Source: a virus
Lineage: Duplodnaviria > Caudoviricetes
Virus record (IMG/VR): IMGVR_UViG_3300042469_000249
Location: 1-55,073 of that record
Strand: one strand, 5' to 3'
DNA length: 55,073 nucleotides
This document shows positions 16,938 through 25,700 of the stretch, piece by piece. The translations under genes were made by a program, and so were the position numbers. Position 1 is the stretch's first letter. Every line of letters starts with the position of its first letter. The notes under the pieces are model-generated. The model was not told the origin of the DNA. It was given only the letters and a program-made list of their open reading frames with translations, and did no database searches.

Positions 16938-18559
16938 ATATCAATGACCTCATGGCAACAGTTGAGTGGTCGCAACCCATTCAACTAAACACTAAACGAG
17001 GCGTTCGCTTGCTAAAGAAAGCACCCATTGAGCAAGCCTTTTGGAAAGTCTATGGCGAAGATAAAGAGCTATTCAGGAAGCAGATGGGTGACGCTGGCAT
17101 TCAGCTTGGCAAGTTCCGCGATGAGTGGCAACTAACTTGGTGGTCTGGCGATGATCTGAAGTTTAAGCAGATTATCGTTACCGATACTCAGCAAGAAGCT
17201 ATTCAAGAATTAGATTTAGTTCCTCTACTTCACCCCGAAGGTTTGTTAGAGTATCAGATTACCTCGGTGCAGATGGGCGTTGCCTCGATGAATAAATACA
17301 ATCGCGCTCTTCTCGGTCACTCCACTGGCGTAGGTAAAACATTCTGTGCATTAGGTATTGCCAGAGAGTTAGGCAAACGTATTGCGGTAATCTGTCCGAA
17401 ACCCATTACTACAGATTGGCATCGTGCCGCGAAGATGATGGGCGTTGAGGTCTTTGAGATATGCGGATGGGAATGGACAAAGACAGGCAAGAGTCAGCTT
17501 GGCCGTTGGACAGACGACAAGAAGAAAGAATTCCGCTTTATGCTACCCGCTGATGTCCTTCTGGTATTTGATGAGGTTCACAGAGGCAAAGGTGAAGCCA
17601 CCCAAAACGCCTATCTCGTTCGAGATTCAGTCAATCAGAACATCCCTGCCATTGCTCTATCTGCTACCATTGCAGATGATCCTACCAAATTGTGGGCTTT
17701 AGGTCAGTTCCTCGGTCTACACCAAGGAGGCAAAGATTACTTCCGATTCCTCAGTCAGAACGGATGCAGGAAGACCCGATTTGGAATGCAGTTCACAGGT
17801 GGGCATTCAGTCCTAAAGAAGTTGCACTCTCGTATCTACCCAGAACGAGGCAATCGGCTTAGACACTCTGATCTCGGTGACGCATTCCCTGAGACTCTGA
17901 TTAAGGCAAAAGCCTTCGATATGGATAATGCCAAGAAGATCGCCAACGAATATGATGACCTTTGCAACCGCATTGAGGAACTTCGTATGCAGGAAAACTT
18001 CTCAGCCAATGTTTTGGCAGAACAGACTCGCGCTCGCCAAAGAATTGAAATGTTAAAAGCTCCCGCTGTAGCAGCAATGACACGCGATTTGCTGGAAGAA
18101 GGTCATAGTATTTTCATTGCAGTCAACTACACCGAGAGTCGCCAATGGTTGATGGAAGAGTTGAAAACCGATTGCGCTATCTATGGTGGTCAGTCTGACA
18201 TGGAACGCCGAGGCAAAATTGACTCGTTCCAGAATGATAAAAGCCGAGTCATCATTGGACAAATTCAAGCGTGTCGTGAAGGATTAAACCTACACGATCT
18301 TAATGGCAATCACTCGCGCGTTTCTCTAATAATGCCCAGCCCAAGCATTTACGACACCAAGCAGGTATTGGGTCGGGTGCATAGGTCAGGCGGAAAAACG
18401 AAATCAATCCAGTTTTTGGTATACGCAGCGGGTGTTCCTATCGAAGAAAATATCTGTGAGAAGCTGGATGTTAAACTAAAGCGACTTGATGTTTTAGCGG
18501 ACGGTGAATGCGATCCAACCATTTCACTACTTCCAAAAGATGAAGAAAAACTAATCTAA
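16934..18559 (+). CDS. Superfamily 2 (SNF2/DEAH-like) helicase
   Basis: HSTGVGKT, FDEVH, LSAT, EGLNL, QVLGRVHR motifs. Confidence 0.9.
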   Translation: MNINDLMATVEWSQPIQLNTKRGVRLLKKAPIEQAFWKVYGEDKELFRKQMGDAGIQLGKFRDEWQLTWWSGDDLKFKQIIVTDTQQEAIQELDLVPLLHPEGLLEYQITSVQMGVASMNKYNRALLGHSTGVGKTFCALGIARELGKRIAVICPKPITTDWHRAAKMMGVEVFEICGWEWTKTGKSQLGRWTDDKKKEFRFMLPADVLLVFDEVHRGKGEATQNAYLVRDSVNQNIPAIALSATIADDPTKLWALGQFLGLHQGGKDYFRFLSQNGCRKTRFGMQFTGGHSVLKKLHSRIYPERGNRLRHSDLGDAFPETLIKAKAFDMDNAKKIANEYDDLCNRIEELRMQENFSANVLAEQTRARQRIEMLKAPAVAAMTRDLLEEGHSIFIAVNYTESRQWLMEELKTDCAIYGGQSDMERRGKIDSFQNDKSRVIIGQIQACREGLNLHDLNGNHSRVSLIMPSPSIYDTKQVLGRVHRSGGKTKSIQFLVYAAGVPIEENICEKLDVKLKRLDVLADGECDPTISLLPKDEEKLI

Positions 18560-18579
18560 AATTAGTTTCACTCAAACTT

Positions 18580-18625
18580 AAAAACCAGATTGGAAAAAAT
18601 TCCTTTCTGGTTTTTTTTGTTTTTT
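18580..18625. terminator. Bidirectional intrinsic terminator
   Basis: AAAAACCAGA...TCTGGTTTTTTTT between converging transcription units. Confidence 0.65.
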
Positions 18626-18660
18626 ATTTTAAAATATTTTTTCTTTTTTCCCCGAATCTT

Positions 18661-19150
18661 ACACTGCTTCTGGAAGGTTTGAACTGGCAGTGCAGAGACA
18701 CTTCGCCTGTTGTGAGGAATAAGTGTCTGAGTCTACTTCCGTATAGGAATCACAGTATAGTTCTTTCGACATTTACGTTGTTGTTTTTATCGGCCCGCAC
18801 TAACACTCCATATTCAGCCTCAACAACGCCTTCGCCAACCTTTCGGTTGCGTGTATCCCAAGCTTTCGCTTGAGCGGGTCAGGTGGCATGGCTACATCAT
18901 TCCGACCCCGTGCGTGTTATAGTGAGTGCAACCAAAGTTTCGTCACCATGTTCTCGGTCATATTTCGCTTACCGATACAGCATACTAACACGGGTTACTC
19001 TGGGGAACTGCGTAAGCTTCATACCAAGTAAATACCCGCTGCATCCAACGGTGGCAAAAAAATTGGGCCTGTCGTAGCTTGCGGACTACAACAGACCCAT
19101 TTTATTGACTCAAAATTGATCTCCAAAGTCCGCAAGAACTCGTATTGGAT
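18661..19150 (-). ncRNA. Putative large structured ncRNA (~490 nt)
   Basis: ORF-free; own promoter; GAAA-tetraloop hairpins and many helices whose G-U pairs favour the minus strand. Confidence 0.6.
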
Positions 19151-19156
19151 ACGAGG

Positions 19157-19184
19157 AATCTAACAGAGCAAAGACCAATGTCAA
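19157..19184 (-). promoter_or_regulatory. Sigma70-like promoter (TTGACA-16-TAGATT, extended -10)
   Basis: Read on the minus strand; palindromic site at 19194-19209 just upstream. Confidence 0.6.
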
Positions 19185-19210
19185 ATACTTTTTTTATCGT
19201 TTCCGATACT

Positions 19211-19492
19211 TTAGCTGATAATCCGTGGAGCCTCCTCTTTCTCCTCTTCCTTATCGAATCGCTTGCGGAATTGGGACTCGCGGTAATAAAAAAACGCCAA
19301 TTCCATGTGCTTGATGGCTTCAAATCCTTCACCCTTACGGGATTCTGATTTAATTACCATCATTGATGCCGTATGCAACAGGCTTGCCATTGCATGGACT
19401 CGTTCGTTTAGTGTCTCGTCATCGCATTTATGAAAACTAAAAGCTTCCAGAATTGATTTCGAGGTTTCGTTTTGTGGTGTTTGTTCTGACAT
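19211..19492 (-). CDS. Hypothetical protein
   Basis: 93-aa ORF at the end of the recombination operon. Confidence 0.65.
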   Translation of the reverse strand: MSEQTPQNETSKSILEAFSFHKCDDETLNERVHAMASLLHTASMMVIKSESRKGEGFEAIKHMELAFFYYRESQFRKRFDKEEEKEEAPRIIS

Positions 19493-19495
19493 AAA

Positions 19496-20482
19496 TTATT
19501 GTTCTTTCAAGAATCTCAACCATGCGTTCTCTGCTGGATCAAACCATGACTTGTCGCCAAGATCGATCAAGAGTTGGTGTTCTTGCACTTCGTCTGGCAT
19601 ATTGCGGAGGACTTCTGAGTTAGAGAAGTTACCAACATTGAGGAGAAGGAAGCGATGAGTTGCTGGTTTATCGTCCTTACCTTGCTCACTACGCACTCGG
19701 TTTCTAACCTCAGTTGAGGATAGCTTCTCGTTCTTCGCGGCCTCAAGAAGCTCACTCTGCTTTTTAGCGTTGGTCTTCTCATCTCCGAAGTTAGCATTTC
19801 CAATCTCTCGATAGACTGTAAACGGAAGCATTGGATCACGTTTAACAGCGGGGAAGGCTTTGCAAGCGCGAGCATAACCTGACACGGTAGGGTAACTTTT
19901 CTTAAAATTAGAACAGAGTTGGTTGACTACATCATCATGTCCAGCTGCCTCCAGGGCTACTACTGAATCGCCAATGATCCATTGCGCTCCGCTTTCCAGA
20001 GTAAGACCGAAGGCAAATGCTGCCACCCAGTCTTTCATATCTACTTCACCTTTGGGAACGCACTGAGTCATTCCCGCGCCAATGTCAAACTTCTTGGTGA
20101 AGGAAGAGAGTTCCAATCCATTCTTAACACTCTCCACAAGGGAGAGGGATTCATTGACTGGCTCTTCGATTGGCTCATCTTCAGTCAGTTCAACCTTCGC
20201 TTCGACTACTGGTTCACTCAAGCGTTCTTCTTCCATTTCCTCTGCCATTTCCAAGTCAGCACTCATCCTCTCATACATCTCCAGCATCTCATCTGGTGCA
20301 TCATCCTCAAGGTATTCGTTCTTCTTGAGTTTCGCCCATGCTTTTTTGATATGGGTTTCGGTAATGTTGATGCCCGGCCATTCGGTTTTGACATACTCAC
20401 CCATCTGAGTGAGGTATTTTGACAGAGGGACAAGAACGCCCTCTTGAGTTGGACTGAATAGTTCTAATTCTTTCTTTTTCAT
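19496..20482 (-). CDS. Hypothetical DNA-binding protein (WxIGD domain with HTH-like C-terminal part)
   Basis: GAQWIIGD...YPTVSGYARAC...ELLEAAKNEKLSSTEVRNRV; acidic N-terminal half. Confidence 0.6.
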   Translation of the reverse strand: MKKKELELFSPTQEGVLVPLSKYLTQMGEYVKTEWPGINITETHIKKAWAKLKKNEYLEDDAPDEMLEMYERMSADLEMAEEMEEERLSEPVVEAKVELTEDEPIEEPVNESLSLVESVKNGLELSSFTKKFDIGAGMTQCVPKGEVDMKDWVAAFAFGLTLESGAQWIIGDSVVALEAAGHDDVVNQLCSNFKKSYPTVSGYARACKAFPAVKRDPMLPFTVYREIGNANFGDEKTNAKKQSELLEAAKNEKLSSTEVRNRVRSEQGKDDKPATHRFLLLNVGNFSNSEVLRNMPDEVQEHQLLIDLGDKSWFDPAENAWLRFLKEQ

Positions 20483-20521
20483 TTTAGTGTTATTAGGTTA
20501 GGTGTTCTGGGGAGAACAGAA

Positions 20522-21340
20522 TCAATATGGAATCTCGTCTACGTCTTCTTCAATAGGAGCATCGAGGTTGAAGTCTATCGCGGCTTGCTCTACGCACTTA
20601 GCGAATGGAGTTGTGAATCCCTTCTCCAAGTAATACTGGTAGAGTTTAGTGAGTGCAGGCTTTCCAATCTCTCCAAGCTTCTTATCCTTCTGTGATCCAC
20701 TTGGAACGATAGCAGATGCCCAATCTTTAGGATCAAGTTCTGCTTTTGGTTCCTCCACTTTAGGTTCAGACTTTGGTTCTGACTTAGAGATAGAGATTCC
20801 CTTGCGGTTGGCTTCGATGAAAACCGACGAGACATATGCCCGAAGAGTCTCCTCATCTGTCACCTTTCCAAGATAGGCCATGCGAACCAAGGAGTCGATA
20901 TAGAGGTGAGTCTCTACAATTTGATCGAGTGCCTGCTCTGGATTATCGGAAACGATAACCTTGGGTGTAGATGCAACACGGGGAGGTTCCTCGTTTTGAT
21001 TTTGGAACTCAACTTTACCTGTAGCCGTTACCTTGATGATGTCACGATCAACTTTCCCGTTCTTACCATCGTAGGTTTCATGCTCAAGTGACACACCTGT
21101 CATGCCATGCTTGCCTCGGATTGAAGAGAGCGTTACTACATTTCCCTTCAATGATTGCTCTTGATTATTGTTGAAGAACTTGAGTCCATAGGTTTGCCCG
21201 TCAATCTCAATGTCTCCACCTTGGATCACGAACTCACCTTTCGGGCCAGTAAATGTCTTTGGTTCCCACAATTTAGTGACCTTGCCAGTCACTCGCTTGA
21301 TGATATCTTTCTGTTCGATTCCTTCTAATTGGTTACTCAT
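20522..21340 (-). CDS. Single-stranded DNA-binding protein (OB-fold)
   Basis: Beta-rich N-terminus (VTGKVTKLWEPKTF); acidic tail EEDVDEIPY resembling the SSB DDDIPF tail; next to the exonuclease. Confidence 0.6.
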   Translation of the reverse strand: MSNQLEGIEQKDIIKRVTGKVTKLWEPKTFTGPKGEFVIQGGDIEIDGQTYGLKFFNNNQEQSLKGNVVTLSSIRGKHGMTGVSLEHETYDGKNGKVDRDIIKVTATGKVEFQNQNEEPPRVASTPKVIVSDNPEQALDQIVETHLYIDSLVRMAYLGKVTDEETLRAYVSSVFIEANRKGISISKSEPKSEPKVEEPKAELDPKDWASAIVPSGSQKDKKLGEIGKPALTKLYQYYLEKGFTTPFAKCVEQAAIDFNLDAPIEEDVDEIPY

Positions 21341-22202
21341 TTGATTTGTATGTTGATTTATAATAGTTGCAGAAGGGTGCTACTGAGCAATAACGCTCGC
21401 AACGAATATCCCCTCCGTTTCGTTTTTCGATTGAGTGTTTCGCGCCATAGGTAGGAAGTAAGTTTTGCGCTTCCTCAAATGTCTCGCACACTTTTGCTGC
21501 TCGTTTGTTCCCGTCCTTCTTGATCGCAAAGGTATCTGGTTTTGCCCATCTTTCCTTTGGTTCACAGATAGAAATGGTATCGTCTGGCATCACCGCCGCT
21601 GCTTGGTGCAGTTTGATTCTCTCAGCAGCGTATCGGATTACTTCGCAGTTATCCCAGAGTGGAATGTCAACGATGTGGACTGCACACTGGGGATACTCTT
21701 TGTCAAACTCAGCCTTACTCGCCTGCCAGTCACGAAGGATGGCGACGATCTGACCTTTCTTAACTTGATAACCATACTCTCTCCAAAGCATTGCGTTCAA
21801 ATTAATTTGCGTCTCCCACTCAAATTTCCCTCCGAGAAGGAATGAGAATACCGAGGTTACTTTGAAGTCTGAGATAGTTTGGTTGCCTGTCTCATACAAG
21901 TCGGTCTGACCTGTGAGAGTCCAACCATTGATCTCTTTATAAAGACGCTTCTCAGTCATCTCTTCTTCACCGCCTGCCAATTCAAGAACCTTGTGAACTG
22001 ACTGACCGAGTAATGCCCACACCCTATCGGATGCGTCTTCCACGATTTGGTCGGAGTAACGTTTCTTGAGTTGGTTGATTTTCGGTGGCCCGATTAGAGT
22101 AGTCACCGAGATGTCCGCCTTCCTTTGTCCTGCCATATACCCATCATGGGACAAGGCGCGAAACATTGGGGCAGGCAAATCGTGGTTATTCGTTATCGTC
22201 AT
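21333..22202 (-). CDS. PD-(D/E)xK (RecB/Cas4-like) exonuclease
   Basis: ISVTTLI, GQSVH, E, LTGQTDLY, SDFK, QINL motifs; C-terminal RC..YC....FC. Confidence 0.8.
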   Translation of the reverse strand: MTITNNHDLPAPMFRALSHDGYMAGQRKADISVTTLIGPPKINQLKKRYSDQIVEDASDRVWALLGQSVHKVLELAGGEEEMTEKRLYKEINGWTLTGQTDLYETGNQTISDFKVTSVFSFLLGGKFEWETQINLNAMLWREYGYQVKKGQIVAILRDWQASKAEFDKEYPQCAVHIVDIPLWDNCEVIRYAAERIKLHQAAAVMPDDTISICEPKERWAKPDTFAIKKDGNKRAAKVCETFEEAQNLLPTYGAKHSIEKRNGGDIRCERYCSVAPFCNYYKSTYKSNE

Positions 22203-22341
22203 AATTTCTCGGATTAGGGTCTATGCCATCCTGCATATCGCGGCGAGCGCAAGCATAGAGAAAGTCTTCCTCTCTCTCTTCCTCAATCTCACCGCTAAGA
22301 TCGTAGGGTTCTTCTTCCCCATCGTTACAAGCGAGACTCAT
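22186..22341 (-). CDS. Small acidic protein, 51 aa (not in ORF track)
   Basis: MSLACNDGEEEPYDLSGEIEEE...; fills the gap, coupled to the upstream stop. Confidence 0.45.
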   Translation of the reverse strand: MSLACNDGEEEPYDLSGEIEEEREEDFLYACARRDMQDGIDPNPRNYDDNE

Positions 22342-22559
22342 TATTCGGTAACTGCTGGAAGTTTCTCTTCAAACGAAGCTGCCAGAATTTCCGATACACC
22401 GCGAAGGTGATCGCCAGTTTTAACCAGAGTTGCTGCACTGGTCAGATTGCCGAGGTCGAACTTGCCATCCGCTGCTGTAGCGGTAATCAGGCGAAGGTAG
22501 ATTTCTTTTTGAAGCTCACTTGGAGCGGTTGTTCTTGTAGGTGTAGGTTTATCTTTCAT
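22341..22559 (-). CDS. Hypothetical protein
   Basis: First gene after promoter TTGACA(22621-22626)-16-TAGATT; probable start MKDKPT. Confidence 0.55.
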   Translation of the reverse strand: MKDKPTPTRTTAPSELQKEIYLRLITATAADGKFDLGNLTSAATLVKTGDHLRGVSEILAASFEEKLPAVTE

Positions 22560-22660
22560 TAGAGTTTTATGGACGGATGTTGTGCCGTTCACAAGGCCAA
22601 TCTACATTCTGCGATTATCGTGTCAACATTTTTTTGTAGTTATTTTTTATCGGTAACGAT

Positions 22661-22737
22661 AAACAGAAAACGCACCCCAGATTTCTCCAAGGTGCGTTCC
22701 CTAATGAATAACACGAAACAACAGCAACAAGCTGCGG
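22661..22737 (-). ncRNA. Putative small antisense RNA
   Basis: Promoter TTGACA(22764-22769)-16-TAATCT, GU-rich body, intrinsic terminator GAACGCACCTTGGA-GAAA-TCTGGGGTGCGTTT-TCTGTTT. Confidence 0.5.
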
Positions 22738-22771
22738 GGGTAGATTACATGAGCCTCTGCGGATGTCAACC

Positions 22772-25700
22772 TTATTTATTCGGAAGCTTGTTCAAAAATA
22801 TATTGTAGTTCTTTTGATATTGGCTTTCGAGCTTCTGAATCTCATCAAATTTTTCTTTGCTCACTTTTTCTTTGAGCCATTTCTTAAATGCTGTTTTCTC
22901 CGCTTGATCCATTGGCCCACTTCCAAGTCGCAATGGTTGACGATTCCTTGCGCCCGATTGCATACTTTGAATTGCGTTTGCTCGTTCCTTTTTTGGAAGG
23001 GAATTCAAATACTCTTTTGCATACGCCACCGCTGCTCCCGGTTCACCACGCTGGAGATAACTTGCAATCTCTCGATTGATTGGTGTCATTTTACCGGGGG
23101 CAATATCCATTGGTCGCTTAGTCCTGTATTCCAAACCTGCACTTTCAGCCCACCTGCGAGCATACTTATTGATCGAAGCAACCTCTCTTCTGAACATTTC
23201 TTCTGCTACGGTTGGGGCTTTTGAATATCCCAATCCACTCGCAGCGGTTTGATACAAGCGTTGAGCAACCCTGTATCCAGAGAATGTTCTGTTAAGGTAG
23301 TTGTTAATATCTCCAAGTGTAATCTTACCTTGGTCTGCGGCATTCTGAATAAGTGTTGCGGTTTCTTTGAAGATACTGAGAGCTGGAGGATCAAGGGGAT
23401 TTTTTACTCGTTCACGATCCTGCCAGTCCATGAAGAATTGACCATAATTTCCTATGAGTCCAAGCGCACCCATACCAATCAGATTATACCATGCGCGTTC
23501 AAGGGACAGATAGAGTTCATCGTCATCCTCGTCATCTTCAAATGCCCTGATAATATCTTCGTAACTTGGCCCCTTCATCAGCACACCGAAAAGCATATCG
23601 CGCATACGAAGGATTACTTCACCACCAACATAAGCAGAAGCAAGCCACATCATCACAGGAATGATTGTGAGTGCCTTACCTTCGGCTTTTGTTACCTTCT
23701 TAGGTATCTCATCCAGTGTAATCTTACGATTGTCACCAAGCTCTTTTGCTTCAGCCAACCTCAAACGATATAGTAATTGTCGAGTTGGATCGGGAAGTTG
23801 AAAGGTTTCATTCTTGTTGGTTACTGCTTTCCAAGCTGGCTCAAATGTATTCTTCCAGCTTTGACGCATGACTTGAGTTGAGAACTTCTGATACTTAAAC
23901 AAGAACCTTCCAATAGGAGTATCTGTAAAGATTGGAGTTTGAGCAATCGTGTAGCTTCCTTGCGAGATGTTGGCAAAGTAACGAAGTAGTTTGTCAGTTT
24001 CTGGGCCAGTGCCCCGCTCAACGATTAGCTTATCAGCATCAATGTTGTTTCGGTTCAACCATGTTAATGCTCGTTTAGAAAATGAACTATCAGGGTTCTT
24101 AGATAGACTGGAAAGTGTTTTCCTCAAAAATGATTTTCCAATAATCATGCTTTGAGTTCTGACCATTTGTTCTACTGGTGTGAATCCAGACCATTTCAAC
24201 AAAAAATCAGTTGTTTTCTGCCCTGCTTTAGCAATTCCACTTGACTCAAGAACAACTTGATTGTCACCAATTATGTTCATCAAGTCACGGGATACGATAC
24301 CTTTTTCTCTCGCATCTTTAAGTTCTCTTCCAAGTTTGCGTAGTTCTGTAAAAGATGAAACATAACTTGAAAGTGCCCCTGGTTGTCCAACCATCGCATT
24401 CAAAGTTGTTCCACCAAAGAAGTTCAACATGGATGATGCAGGGTTTCCAAGCTGAAGTCCAGATGACCAAATATTTAGAGTCGCCATTCCCTTTACAATT
24501 GGATCATTTGGATAGTAACCCTCAACTCGTTCTTGTGCCGCTGTGATATAGTCAATCGTTCTCCGATCTCTGGTTGATTCTCTTGATCTATCCCAAAGAG
24601 TTTTTGAGTTCTCTCCAAGCTTCTGACCAAATTGTTCGATTCGACTGCTATGCTGTGCCCATCGTGCAACATAATCCGTCATTACTTGGGCAGAGTAATC
24701 GTAAAGTTCTTCTGGGAATGCTTGTCCACGGGCAACTTCAATTCCAGAAAAGTAATCATTCTGACTTCCCGTTCCTTGATAGTCAGAGATAAACGCTTCT
24801 GCTTCCTCTGGAGTTTGAATCCTACCAGATTTCATCAAGGCATCTACAATTTCATTGTATTCCTTTTGATATTTGTCTGGCTCCATCAATGCTCGCTTAT
24901 ACTCAGGCTTGAAAACTCGCGGCCAAAACTTTTCTACTTTTCCGATTGGTCGCCATCTTTGTAGCCCTTTATCAAAAACTTTGATTCCGATCCTTTGGTT
25001 TTCATTTCCAGATTCTTCACCAAACTTTTGCCAAGCGGTAACAATCTTCTGAGTGATTGGATTTAGTTCATCAAAGAACTCAGCGGTATCTCGTTTGTTT
25101 TCTTGTGCTGCAAAAAACCTTTTGACTTCTTCATCAATCTTTTTCTTGGTTGATTTGGATTGCTTGGAATATTCATCAAATGCTGGCAGTAGAATCTTGT
25201 TTGCGAATCCAAGTCGGCGTTGAGCTTGATCGTAGTAATCATCAATAGCTGTAGCCAGTTTAGTGAATTTAGCCCTACGCAACCTGTCACTTGCCGATTC
25301 AAAAATACCACGGACAAAAGCAAAATTCTTGATATGACTCTCAATCTTATTGTTGATTGGCATATTGTTTTCTTTGCCAATATCAATTCCTTGAACCAAT
25401 CCTTCCGTAATTGTTTTTACTTCTGGTTCTATTGGGGTTGGTTCTACTGCCGCCTTACGAACTCCAAAATCTTCTGGACGCTCAAGAAATTCGCCAGACT
25501 TAAATCTATCTACAGCACCAGCAAGTATTGCTGCTGCATCACGATCAGTCATTTTGAACTTAGTTTTAAAATTATCGTTCAACCATTTTTTGACTGCATC
25601 AAGTAGTCTTTGAAATGCACTTCTATTTTCTCCAGCATTTAAACGAGCAACAAATGCGTAAACTTGTTTCTCTTCCAATCGAACTTCGCCCGTTTCATCA

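Noticed and set aside
18661-19150. Group I/II intron, tmRNA, RNase P or hammerhead
   Set aside because: No interrupted gene and no recognisable catalytic core motifs by eye; a covariance search is still needed
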